NCBI GenBank assembly: GCA_051362555.1
Contig: CM120648.1
Span: forward strand, 16,426,587 to 16,490,586
DNA length: 64,000 nucleotides
Direction: 5' to 3'
From: Lingula anatina
Taxonomy: Eukaryota; Animalia; Brachiopoda
Positions 47,983 through 60,190 of the stretch are shown piece after piece; position 1 is the stretch's first letter, and the number at the start of each line of letters is the position of its first letter. The translations under genes were made by a program, and so were the position numbers. The notes below the pieces were generated by a model that did not search any database, had not been told where the DNA came from, and saw only the letters and a list, made by a program, of their open reading frames with translations.

Positions 47983-48659
47983 CGGCAACATTTTTAAGAG
48001 ATAAAGAGACTTAACAGCTTGGCTATCATGTTAATATTCTAATGTACATGCAGACCTATGAGCAGCAAAATCAACAAAATGTCCCCTCTCTGTCAATGTA
48101 ATGACTCATTTGAGCTGATACAAAAGTTTCCATGCAAAGGGATGTGGCATAAAAAGGGCCCCACCTAACTTACACAAACATTAATTATTTCATAGATAAG
48201 ATATTCATACATACATTTCAAAGACATGCACGGAATAAATCCAATAGAAAAAATATAAACATTATATTAAAAAATATAACAAATACAGGTATGGCTCCCC
48301 TACATATATTCAAAATTGTCATGACTGAGTGAAGAATTGAATACAGGTACAAGTGTTAACTCAAACCATTTATGTAGGTCTAACAAGAAATGAAATACAA
48401 TAATTTGCCAAATACAGAATATTTTGCTGTAACAAAGTCAAAAATTTAACTTTGCAAAATTGGAAAGTTGGTAACAAAACTCCACAAATGGTGATCTTAC
48501 AAAATCTGACAACACCTACGAATACCTTTTTTAATGCGAATTTAAAGACGGCATTTTGTACTCAAGAGCACTGTCAGCAGTTATTTTAAAAGCTTTAGTT
48601 CAGATTTTTTCGTTGATAAAGCAAAATGGTGCCTTTGTTTAAAGATAACGTGCACTTAA

Positions 48660-49871
48660 AGCCTCGGTCATAACCGGCCGTACGGGCTGTTTGCGTCCAA
48701 ATTTTGCGCAGAATCTCACTTCCCACGCAAGTCCTTCTTACGAAATTTCGAATTCGCAGACAGCCCGCAAGCACGTGCGGAGGATGTTGGACATGTCCAA
48801 AAGATTCTACGAATAGCCTGCAAACAGCAAGGCCGCAAGTGTAACTTGCTCCCCTCGCACGGAGTTAGCAAGAGAGACGCGAGTTGTGCAAGACGCACGT
48901 CGCAAGCTATAAAGGAGCAAGTGTCCTTTGCGTGTTGAGTAAAGCCCAAGTCCCAACTACGTTTTGGACGCACGTCTTTTTTGGTTCCTTGCGCCCGGCT
49001 AGGACGTAACTAGATCGAACGTAGCGGCTGTTGATCATGTCGAAAAGTTAAGCCTAGGTCCCAACTACGTTTTGGACGCACGGGTTTTAGGTTCCTTGCG
49101 TCCGGCTAGGACGTAGCTAGATCGCACGTCGCGGCTGTTGATCATGTCGAAAAGTTTCTAAGTGCTGTTTGCGTCCTCCCAAAAGTCGCACGATGGACGT
49201 GCTCCTCAGGCACGAACTCCCACGTTTTCCCCATTTTTTTAGCCGTAGACCACACGTAGCAGCCCGTACGTTCGGTTGGGACGTAGGCTTAACGAACAAA
49301 GTCGAGAGTACACCTTGAATGCGTCGCACGTGCGTCACTCCTGGTGTATAAAAGACTTGCGCACGACGCACGCTCGTGTCTTTACAATGAACGTCAACTG
49401 TGTAACGTGTACAACAATTTTCAAAATTTTCAAATTTTTGCTCAATTTAGTTTCTAATATGCCTCCAAAAGGCAAGAGAGAAAAGTTTACATAGCAGAAA
49501 AAAGGGAGGAGGAAGAAGAAAGAAGAGGATAATAAGTAGCAAAACTGACGTACGCAGTCAGTACGTCACCACAAACGTGTGAGGCAAGTGTGAAGCAAAA
49601 CTGACTTTCACCGTGCGTTGCATTCCCTTCATAAGTGGTGAGTGTGTGCCACGTACACAGGAAGCAAGACAATCCTAAGAAATGAGCACAATTTCCACGG
49701 CGATCGCTCCTTGCAATTAGGCTCCCTGCTTGAAAGGACATCTCATGTCGCCCTTGCGACTCGCAAGGCAGACTTTCCTCTACCTCTACGACCTCCATGG
49801 CCTCCGCAACACCCAAAATTCGCAGGGGACGTACGATCCTGAAATTCGTGCGTCCGGTTTTGACCGAGACT
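48660..49871. mobile_element. PIF/Harbinger-type non-autonomous element
   Basis: TAA|AGCCTCGGTCATAACCGGCCGTACG...CGTGCGTCCGGTTTTGACCGAGACT|TAA. Internal ~110-bp tandem duplication (48945-49048 vs 49052-49157). Confidence 0.8.
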
Positions 49872-50465
49872 TAAGGGCTCGTAACTCCAAAACAAAAACA
49901 TTTCAACTAAATTACGGCACTCGAATGTAGCCCATATGGCTTTGTGGTCAATTTTGCCAATTTTTCAGGGATAAAATTACGGCCCAAACCGATTGCTATC
50001 TCACTTAAAAATAAAAAGGTGTCAATTTGACGATAAGAGATTTGAGTTGCCTATGCTTATTATACATAGCAACGAGAAATATTACGCCCATATTTTATAT
50101 TTTCAAGGGCGTTTTATTATTTTTCATCCGCACAAAGACAGGAGAAATCTCATGTTCGGTATCTGGATGATAACAAAGGCTTACAATAACCTTAAGCTTC
50201 GTCAGCTTATTTAACTCTAACAACAGCAAAAAACCAGTGCACAGCTCATCAGGCGAGAGCTATAGTGACGTCACTACTTATTCAGCAAGCGGTTACCCCG
50301 CGTGGGGCAACAGACACCCCAAACAATTCTGATTATTTAAATTATGTATGGATTCCTTTGTCTTTTCAAATAAGAGGGGGGAACAAAAGTCCAACGGTCA
50401 CCGCGCCGACTTTGTGAAAAATTAAAATAATGAGGGAACTCAATATTGTACACCGTTCTAAGACG

Positions 50466-50757
50466 CAATGGCGGATTTATTAGGGGGTGGTCAGGGGGGT
50501 CCTGAACCCCCCCTCCCCCTTCAGTTTCTGAAAAAACGTTTCACACCAACTTTCCCTTCTTGAAATTAGAATTTTGACAAGGTAAATCATAGTTGTAAAC
50601 CGTACGAAATGGCTTTTTTTGCTCTCCAAAACACCATTTTTGCAGGAGCCGTTGAGCAGGCCCAAACCTCACACCAAGGGGGGGAAGGTCGGCTTTGCAT
50701 CCGAGATCTGTTTTTCCGGACCCCCCCCCCCTTCAAATAATCCTGGATACCCCCCTG
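50466..50757 (-). mobile_element. MITE of the CAGGGGCGGATCCAGG family (related copy at 58271-58523)
   Basis: Ends CCTGGATACCCCCCTG. The internal CTTGAAATTAGAATTTTG...TCATAGTTG...AAATGGC is the reverse complement of 58390-58447. Confidence 0.6.
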
Positions 50758-50859
50758 AGACGGTGGATATCGCTCTGAGCTACGCAAACTTAATTGCAAA
50801 TAAAACAACAGTTACATCATTTCCATCAATTGTTTTAAAATGCTGCAGAATAACTGCAG

Positions 50860-52315
50860 TTTTAACGAAAGGAAAATTGTACCGTAAGAAAGGGAAATTT
50901 AGCAACAGGATCGCTGCAAAGGCAGTCTCCTCAAAATAAATTTTTCGGAGTATATTCAATAGACACTGAATTAAGTTTGATTTAACTGACCCTGTCACCT
51001 GTATGCAGGGGCTGTGTGCATGTTTTTCTCCTTACCTGAGCGTAGGACAGGTGGTTGGTAAACACCATACATGCTGTTAACAATACCACGTGCTGTATAT
51101 TCTTTATGACCTGTTGCTTTTTAAGTTAGCTCAAAATGATTTTAATAAGTTAGAATTTATCCATACGTTTTAGTTTTGATAATGTGGAAGTAAAAATGGT
51201 TGTTTGACGATATATTTACAAGATATGACATCAGGGTAAATTTATTAATTCAGAACTATGGAATACCAGCAGAGTTGTGAAAAGTGTAGTATTGATTTCA
51301 GCAGACATAATTGTACGCACCAAGACTATATGACCTACATGCGGTTTAGATCACTGGCAATATGTATCATTTATTCAGTGCTGCCATCCATGTTGTACAG
51401 TGTTTGTCTCCTGTAGTTTGACTGTACCCCGCACCTAAGACACACACGCGGCTTGATGACGCTTTCTTGTGGCTGTTTACAGCACCTTAATTCTCAGTTT
51501 ATTGCATACATGTCAATAGTTCAACGTGCTTAAATACCTTTCAATGGTCTGCGTTTATTATGAACTCAATTTGATCTTAATGAAAATCGTTTCTTCTTAA
51601 TGTCTGTTTGCACTCACGTATTTGTACAAATTAAACTTTCCGGCGGCTATGATTTTATATAAAAGTTTTATTATTATTATTATTATTATTATTATATCAA
51701 GCCGACATCCACCCCCTACCAAGACCATAGATTGATACTTGACATGAGATTCACAGATTATTCACTGAGAAAGACGTAATACTGCCAAATGTAGGCATTC
51801 ATAACGCATCAAACCACCGTAAATTTTTTTCTACTTCTAAGTTGATGACAGTAATAATTATACTGCATTTGACAAGTACTAACTTAAAAACTATATATAA
51901 TAGTACCGGTATAATTACTCCTTTAATAATTATGGATGTGTATTTTTAAACAAAGCAGGGGAGACACATTTGTATGCATTGACCCATTTCTATAATGTTG
52001 ATCTGAACTGGAGAGTAAACACAATACAACGACGTCACCAGCAACAGGGTAAAGATAGCAACCAGACATTTGCCAAGGTCGAGTCAGCGTCAGGTAATAC
52101 ACAGACGCTATATTTCTGTCTTACTTTTAAGAGATTAGAGGAAGTTAAAGAACGCCGACTGTGGAGATTTCGATAAAAATACTTCTGCCAGATAATCTGC
52201 CCTGACATAAACCTACTTTTAGGATATACTACGAGTGTGCTAACGTTACTGTGATCGATATTAATCAAAACTACAGCACCGGGAGTAAACAGGAAAATTG
52301 AACAATCGTTGACAC
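50860..52315 (+). repeat. Paralogous 5'-flank/promoter block B
   Basis: Collinear with 29690-32240. Similarity ends at GAAAATTGAACAATCGTTGACAC (~52315). Confidence 0.85.
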
Positions 52316-52450
52316 ATTTGCTGTGACTGAGAAGGAATCACGGCTACAGCTAGGTTTCTGAAGATCTAAACAGAGTTGTTAACTTGAAAACAATTAGACA
52401 GATATGGCGTATGTATCAAGCAAAAACCTCTGGTAGAAGATCTGGCAGCA

Positions 52451-53470
52451 ATGGAGAAGACACCTGTGTCAAGACCAGACACGTCTTCAAAGATATCCCA
52501 CAGCCCGGGTATGGAATCTACTGCCGGAATGGACGCCTTGTTAAGGCAGTCTAGAGATGTCGATCCAAAATCAGGACAGGTGACAGTACAGACACAACCT
52601 CCATTAGCTGGACAGGATACAAATACAACATCAGCTCCACATCCTCCTGTTTTCTTGGAGAAGGCAGAATGTGTGTATTCCTTCAGTGCTACACAAGATG
52701 ATAAAAAAATTGTAGCATATGTAACTGGGTTAGCCATATACAAGGAACAGTTACTTGCTGTGGATAAAGGAAACGATAAAACAAATGTATTCTCACATGC
52801 TGGAGAGTTTAAGTTTGACATTAAACTAAGAGATCCGTGTGATGTGGCTGTGTCACAAACTGGTCACCTGTATATAACATCAAGGGGTGACAGCTGTGTC
52901 CAAGTGTACTCAACCAGAGGTCAGCAGGTGACAACCATGGGTCAGGGTCTACTGGAGGTGCCATGGGGTATTACACTGAACAGACAAGGTCATGTGATGG
53001 TTTGTGACTGCTTCAAGAAATCCATCTTTACATTCCATGCAGAGAGTGGGCGGCTCCTGAACATTATTCCACTCAATATGTGTGATCTCCCAATGTTCAT
53101 CACAGTGAACAGTGTGAATGATAACATTGTGATATCAGACTGGGGCAATAGCTGTCTACATGTGCTGTCCCCAACTGGTGATCATCTGTACCAGTATGGC
53201 GACACAGAAGGCAGTGATGTTGGTGAGCTGAGGACACCATGTGGAGTGTGCACAGACAGCTATGGTCACATCTTCATTGCTGACAGGGATAACAACAGGA
53301 TAGTGGCACTGAGTCCACAGGGACAGTTCATCAAATACATTGCCAATAAAGTTGATGGGCTGAAGAATCCCAGAGCATTAGCCATCAACCCTGTTGGCCA
53401 ACTGGTGGTGGCAGAACAAGCCGGCAAAGTGAAGACATTTAAGTACATTGCACTGAAAGAAGGTGAGTAA
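52451..53470 (+). CDS. NHL-repeat beta-propeller (TRIM2/3/71-like C-terminal domain) without RING/B-box; probably the first exon of a longer gene
   Basis: 339-aa ORF with ~6 NHL blades (DPCDVAVSQTGHLYIT, PWGITLNRQGHVMVCD, PCGVCTDSYGHIFIADRDNNRI, NPRALAINPVGQLVVAE). Ends GAAG|GTGAGT at 53462/53463, a consensus donor two codons before the stop. Confidence 0.85.
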   Translation: MEKTPVSRPDTSSKISHSPGMESTAGMDALLRQSRDVDPKSGQVTVQTQPPLAGQDTNTTSAPHPPVFLEKAECVYSFSATQDDKKIVAYVTGLAIYKEQLLAVDKGNDKTNVFSHAGEFKFDIKLRDPCDVAVSQTGHLYITSRGDSCVQVYSTRGQQVTTMGQGLLEVPWGITLNRQGHVMVCDCFKKSIFTFHAESGRLLNIIPLNMCDLPMFITVNSVNDNIVISDWGNSCLHVLSPTGDHLYQYGDTEGSDVGELRTPCGVCTDSYGHIFIADRDNNRIVALSPQGQFIKYIANKVDGLKNPRALAINPVGQLVVAEQAGKVKTFKYIALKEGE

Positions 53471-53636
53471 AATTTTTAGTGTGGGTTTTTATAATTATTA
53501 TAAAATAAATTGTAATTTAAGCACACAGCTAGCCATTAGTAAGAATGTATGTGGAGTGGAGAAACGTTCTTAGGTAAGTGCTTTACCGTTACTGAGCAAT
53601 TAGCATGAACCCATTAGAATGAGTGAGAATGAAGCT

Positions 53637-56600
53637 CTCCTACTATTATATAGGCATGATTTCAAGTTGTTCGGGAGTAATAACGCTTGCGTTCACAATA
53701 GATTGCTCGCAGCATTAGGGCTTTCTGCTTTGTGATATATGTACAGACTTGACATTTAATATGGAATATTTCAGTTTCGAAGGTATGCCTAGGTAAAAAT
53801 GCATTCTTTTTTCAAAAAACTCGGAACTCATATAAGATACGTGAATGGAGAAGTGTGTAGTCAGGTGTGTCGCTTCCAATTCACTGAATTCCAGGTATGT
53901 TGCGCTGCTGCATTATGTAATATGCAGTGATTTAAATGGGTACTGCTCCTTTGGGCAGGTCAAAGCTTGACTTTGGCAAAGCATGGTTCTTCCAAAAAAG
54001 TATCCATATGTCGGCAACTACTGCATAGAAGAATTTGCAATTTTGCATGCAAGTGGTCGGTTTTGCTAGGTGTAAAATGAGCTATGCACTGCTCCGTAAA
54101 TTTGTTAATCTGTGGCAGAATGGCTCAAAAAAGTCAGACATTGCCAGACAGATAATTGTGCCAAACGAAACGGTCCGCACAGTTTAATAGAGTAATGTCC
54201 AGACTGATGTACTTACACAGAGACCACGCCCAATGTACTGAAATTTTACCACCAGGGTACAGGACGAACTGTCTGTCGGGATATGCTGTTGCGTACACCA
54301 AACTGGTTTTAGCTGGTTAGAATACCAGACGACCTCGGGGGAACCCACTGTAAACAGCAAAACATCGCTGTATGTTTCTCTAATGAATTGGGGACCTTGA
54401 CTGTTCCTTAGTTGAACACTGAAAACTCGTGGCTTTCTTTATTGAGGTCAGATCTCACCTATACCGCTCTACTTGTCAAAACAGGGTTTACAGACATCCA
54501 GAAGAGCCCAACGACTAAGCGTGTGCCGCGTTTAAAGTGACTAAGTTCATTAACACCGTCGTTAATTGGAGCGGATACCACATTGGTGCCAAAACACCAA
54601 TGATCATCCACGAAAACCTGAACCAGATCAAATAAAGGAATACTCTGGGAACCACTTGACTACGATTTGACAGGGGGCACCTTAGGAACACTTTTAGGTT
54701 GCACGGTGAAATTGCCGGTTCACACAGAGCACTTTTGAAGGCAGATTACTTACAGAACCAAGGGAATGAGCAGCTACCTTGGTAATCAAAATCGCCACAT
54801 TTGAACCACATAGACAATATGTGGGTAGGCCATTACTCGCCGAATCAATGGCCACAATGACATCAAAGAGATAATTAAAAGTTATTAAAACCCGATTTTA
54901 ATCCTTATTTTCATTTATCAGTCAGCAAAATAGGAAAAAACTGATGAAAAATAATTTGGAAAAAAATATTCCATATTAAATATCAAGTCTGTATATGTAA
55001 ATAATTCAAGCTTAATTAATAACCATTACCAAAGTACGTTCTGGCTTTACCAAAGATTTACTTGCTATGGGCAATTGGCTTGGACCAGTCTAATTTTATT
55101 AACACTGTGAATGATACTTTTTTCCATCATCACTGTTGAATTGCCATTAATATTATTTTACATCACTAATCCTGTTTGACAATCTTATCGTTTAGGCCTG
55201 GATTAAGTTTGTTTAAGAAATGATAGCCATCGCGTTTAACAATAGATTGCCAGCTATTGTAAGATCCCCTTCCTCTTTAACCGATGTCTTAGACTGTTAA
55301 TTCAACGTACTTTCATATTGTGTGGATACACTGTCAGGCTTCCCCTGTTGCACGCTGGAGTTGGATTGTAATTGCCTCACTGCAAGATATTTTCTCTTAT
55401 TCTGTTATTTATGTAAACCTTTTCATTTATTTTTAAATATTTTCCCCTTATTACCTATTTTGTGCTCTGAGAAACGGGTGATTTTTTCCCACATCAGAAT
55501 AATTTTAAAGCAATTTGTCTCATAACTATGACAGGACGTTTTTTTCTCATTGTTGTTTAAAATTGAACGTTAGTTTGTCGAGGCTTAATGCTTAACTCAT
55601 AACTATGACATGGTGTTTTTTTTCTCGTTGTTGTTTTGAAAATGGACGTTAGTTTGTCGGGCCTTAATGCTTACCTTTAATCGCGTTATATGTATGTGCA
55701 TCTAAACGTTTAAATGTCAATTTTATATTAGACTGTTATTGTCCGTTTGTCGCACGTGTGCTTTCTTACTACAGTGATCTAAAACAGGTCGCTCGTGTGT
55801 GTAACTATAGCAAAATCTGTTCGTCTGATGATTCTGCACGGCAGCCGAACACATAGTAATTGCATAGGCATGGTTTAAGCTTGTTCGAGAGATAATAACA
55901 GTCACTTTTAACGATAGATATAGAGCTATAGTAATATCCCCATCCACTTTACCTGATGCCTTACACTGTTAATTGACCGTACTTTCATATATTGTGATCA
56001 CACTGCCAGACTTCCCCCTATTGCACGTTGGAGTTGGATTGTCCTTGCGCCACTGCAAGTGCACCTTTTTTAATAAAAATATTTTTACCGCATAAACCTT
56101 TGGACGCTCTGAAAAATGAGGTTAAAATGATTCCTATGGAATCTGTCTTACGGTCACAAGATGGGTTGGTTTTTCGGTGTTCTTTAAAAATAAAAGTAAC
56201 TTTAATATGTCGAGGATATGTGCTTAGCACTTCTTATGCAACAGGTATCTAAATAACTCATGGCAATACAATTAGCGGTGTTCAAGATTGAATATCTCAA
56301 CTTACTTGGTTCCTGGTATATTTTGGGCCACCTTACTAGTGCTAACTAGTGTAAAGGCACGATTTTAGCTTATTTGAGAAATGTTAACAAAAGCATTTAA
56401 CAATATATTGCGAGCTACCTGTATAGTAAGACCCCCCTCCCCCCCCCACCTCTTTAAGCGACGTCACAATTAACAGTACTATAATGTAAAGGCGACAAGT
56501 AATCAGATCGTCAGGCTTTTCCCCTGTCGCACGTTGGTCTTTGATTATCATTTCCCCACTGCTACCTATTAGCTTTTATTGCGTTGTTTATAAATACTGG

Positions 56601-56810
56601 TTTATTACAACATCAAAAGGATTTTTAAAGGAACTGTGTAATAGGCTGCTGTGTTATTTGAACCAAAACGATTTCCTGAAAGATCAAATTATGAATGGAT
56701 GTTCCGCAAAATAGTGTATATTAATACAACAATGAGTTTGCATTTAATGTTACCCCTCCTGTTGAGGGCCATGTACTGATTATAATGGCACACCTTGGTG
56801 GGAAACAGTC
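53637..56810 (+). repeat. Non-coding block duplicated at ~60191-61175 and ~63290-63495, with internal sub-repeats
   Basis: TATAGGCATGATTTCA(A/G)GTTGTTCGG at 53648 and 60205; GCATGGTTTAAGCTTGTTCGAGAGATAATAACAGTC at 55868 and 60948; CAAAACGATTTCCTGAAAGA at 56664 and 63343. Confidence 0.8.
53744..54991 (+). mobile_element. Second degenerate copy of the Tc1 family
   Basis: Same TIRs and TA flanks as 33394-35055 and collinear with it, but lacking ~350 bp (34575-34915). Confidence 0.9.
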
Positions 56811-56811
56811 T

Positions 56812-57030
56812 CCCAGCGGGCAAATCAACATGGAATCAATTTTGAATCAACGTTGACGGTCAACGTTGAAACTATGTTGATATGACGTTAACTATGAAAG
56901 TTGAATCAACGTTGAACCATCAAGGTTGAATCAACCTTGAGGTATCAATGTTGAATCAACGTTGACGGTTAACGTTGAAACTATGTTGATATGACTTTGA
57001 CTATGAAAGTTGAATCAACGTTGAACCATA
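56812..57030. repeat. Array of palindromic TCAACGTTGA units (end of a CCCAG-terminated MITE)
   Basis: CCCAGCGGGCAAA followed by repeated TTGAATCAACGTTGA, including a duplicated ~80-bp stretch. Confidence 0.65.
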
Positions 57031-57198
57031 TTGCATAATGCAGCAGTGCAACGGACTTGGTAGTCAATTAAATGGTTGCGACACACCTGACTGCACAGTT
57101 TTCCAGTCGTTTATCTTATATGAGATCGTATTTTTTTATGCAGTTTTACTTTGGCATACCTTCAAAACTGAAATATTCCATATTAAATGTTAAGTCTG
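57030..57198 (-). mobile_element. Truncated left end of the same Tc1 family
   Basis: Reverse complement of 33394-~33575 (...CATACCTTCAAAACTGAAATATTCCATATTAAATGTTAAGTCTG|TA). Confidence 0.75.
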
Positions 57199-58270
57199 TA
57201 GTGTATTTTCTTCAGATTTAATTTATTGAACTAATTAGATACGTGGCAGTGTGCTTTTGACATGTTGTGCTTAACAATATGGTTAGTTGACTACATAAAA
57301 ATGATGGTAAACCTGTTATCGTGTATTGTGTAACAGAGTGTCAAAAATAAACTCATATCATTGCAGTTTGTCAAATTCAGTTATTCACTATGTTCAAAAT
57401 CTGAGAATGGAGCAAACTGGTTATCTAAAATTGTTCTTTTGATATTTTTTCTATGTCAAACTTTTTCTTAGATAATCATATAAAATGACAGTAAATTCAT
57501 TAGTACAGCTATTAAGGGTAATTAACTTTACCCCCTAGCTGATTTGGTAGGCGTGACAGACATTTAAGCTGCTAAGTTAATAGCAATTTAGTAAGACTCC
57601 CCAGGAAGTTCAACTGATCCAGATGGATCGATCTAGGTATGTGAACCTAGTCTTACTGTGACCTTGGATTTGACCTTTGACCAACTGTTTACCATAAAGT
57701 GAACTTTGCCATTTTTTGACATATAAATTTCCAAAACTGGCAGAGATACGCCTATTGTTCCTATTGAACTTGAATTGGAAGTCATACATTGGCAATGTTA
57801 ATGTGACTGAGAATTTGAACTTTAACGTTCTTTTTACTTAACTAAATGTATAACCCTTATATCTCCAAAAGTGTCAAAATATGTTCATATCAACTGTTAG
57901 ATATAAATAGAAAGTCAAATGTATGAAAAATTAATACTTTGGCAAACAACTGTTAGCTAAATTTCACCTTTTATCTTATTTTCGTCATGAACTGAACATT
58001 GTAAATTTTCCATCCTTTACGTCTCCAAAACTAAAAAAAAATAACAACAAAATAACTATTAAACATGAATACAAAATTATCTATTGACAATCTTACTGTG
58101 TCCTTGAATTTCACCTTTACCCTACTTTTTCCCCCATAAATCTCACTTTGCAAATTGAAAGATATGCCCATATTTAGCTTTAATTCCCCTTCTCTTCCCA
58201 CACACATTACCTACACCTAATTCACAACCATCTAAACATTCCTTTCAACTTAAACAGCACTTACTGGTGA

Positions 58271-58523
58271 CAGGGGCGGATCCAGGCCTATTTGAAGGAG
58301 GCTCTATTTTTAAAGAATGACAGACAGCAGATGAGAAGCACCCCCCCCCTACCCCGGCGTGTGGTTCAGGGCATTTTTGAGGGTGAAAGGTGCCATTTGG
58401 TGCGGTTTTGAACCATGATTAAGCTAGACAAAATTCTAATTTCAAGAGGGGGCCATTGGTGTGATTTTTTCAGAAATTGAAGGGGGGTCAGGATCCCCCC
58501 GACAGCCCCCTGAACCCACCATG
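58271..58523 (+). mobile_element. MITE of the CAGGGGCGGATCCAGG family
   Basis: Terminus CAGGGGCGGATCCAGG; homologous to 50466-50757 in the opposite orientation. Confidence 0.6.
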
Positions 58524-59363
58524 TGGTGGTATGATTCCAGGGGGCATTAACGCCTATGTGATCCTCTAGTTTTTTGTGTTGTTAATTTGATACAGTAGAA
58601 ATAATAATTATGTTTCCGTTGTACGACGTTTTAAAAGCGTCAGGATGTTTTAATCCCTATCCTGTGAATAGAAGGGGGCGGACAAACAATGGAAAGCCGT
58701 CTAATCCCTTCAAAATTCGAACGCAAAAACACAATAGTTTAGGCGTAATAACACACAATACATTAGGCGAGTGAACCCCATGACGCCTGTTTCTGTGGTC
58801 CAGCGCGAGTGCGACAATCCGCTGTGACTAGGTGTAATTAACAGCAGGATACATCAGCCAGAAGGTGCCCATTGTTTGTTGCGGCGATAGGATTATAGCT
58901 TTAAGATGCTAGAACCCATGCTAACGCGTGCCACTCCCGTGGCCACCTATCTTTATGTTCACTAGCTTGGCACGCGCAGCTGATCATGTTTTAAGTGTTG
59001 CAAGATAACTGCTAGTTTAATTTAGTATCAGTTATTTAATTCAATATGAAGTGTTCTGTGGTCAAAAATTGAATTTTATAAACATGCATCAGCATCGTAC
59101 ATCAGCATGATCAACAAATCACCCCGTCTCAAAAAGTTTAAAGATGTACACAAATTTTCATCATCGCGACCTGTGTAAAAATAGATTACTGTTTAGAAAT
59201 AACAAAGAAAGAAACATTATTAAAAAAATTTATTCACATTACAAGCTGACGTGTTGCCTCAATTACTACATTAAGTTACATTTTATATAAAATAATAGAG
59301 CGAATCCGTAAAAGGATAATAATAGAAAATCTTAATAAATAAATAAATAAATAAATAAATAAA

Positions 59364-59535
59364 CAGGCCCGCAGCCAGGGGGAGTTCAAGAGGTTCGAAA
59401 GAACCCCCTTTTGCTGAAAAAAGGTCCACTCTGGGTAAAATTTGACATAAGTACATGGGGATTTTTCGGTAAAAGGTCCACTTTTTCAGAAAAAGACCCC
59501 CCCCCCCCCCTTTGAAATTGCTGGCTACGGGCTTG
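59364..59535. mobile_element. MITE CAGGCCCGCAGCCAG...CTGGCTACGGGCTTG inserted in an (AAAT)n tract
   Basis: 15-bp imperfect TIR; same family as 15360-15469. Confidence 0.65.
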
Positions 59536-60190
59536 ATAAAATAAATAAATAAAATATTTAAAGAATTAATTAAATAATTAGATGACATTAAGAATCAAAT
59601 AAAAAAGATAAAAATTAGATGGTATAAATCATTAAAAAAGGTAAATTATTTCAAATAATTTAATAAATACATTATGATTTAATAATTAAATGAATAAATC
59701 ACTGTGAAGAAATAATCATTGTCGCAACTAACGCGGTGAGTGTCTACCCATTATCAAAGGCCACAGATAGATTTTCACTAGTTACCAGTATAGACAGATG
59801 TGTATCTGGTTATTTGATGAGACCTTTTGGCACGCGCGTTAGGGGAACGAGCACATTAACTAACTTCTTTTAAGATTAAAGTGAGTGTCCTTTCATTTGA
59901 AAGCCAACAAAATATTTCATTCCACAGAGAAATTAGCCTCATAATTACATTTGTAATTTTATAACTGGGTTTATGTAACTCTTCGCTGTTCAGTAACAGT
60001 TATAAAGGAAAGTTAGATTTTGCTTGTATGAAACACACTTTTTATTTTGATAAAAATCGACTGCGCATGCAGCATATTGATATACCCCCTGTAAAGCTTT
60101 CGATGATGATTGTGCATGAAACGTCAAGTCATTTTTCCTTTTCATAATAGTGCTGGGCACCCAGGTGTTGAATCTTTTACTCGACGTGCA

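Noticed and set aside
58750-58980. GC-richer patch as a possible next exon of the NHL gene
   Set aside because: No convincing acceptor, open frame and donor, and no ZU5-like translation, was found.
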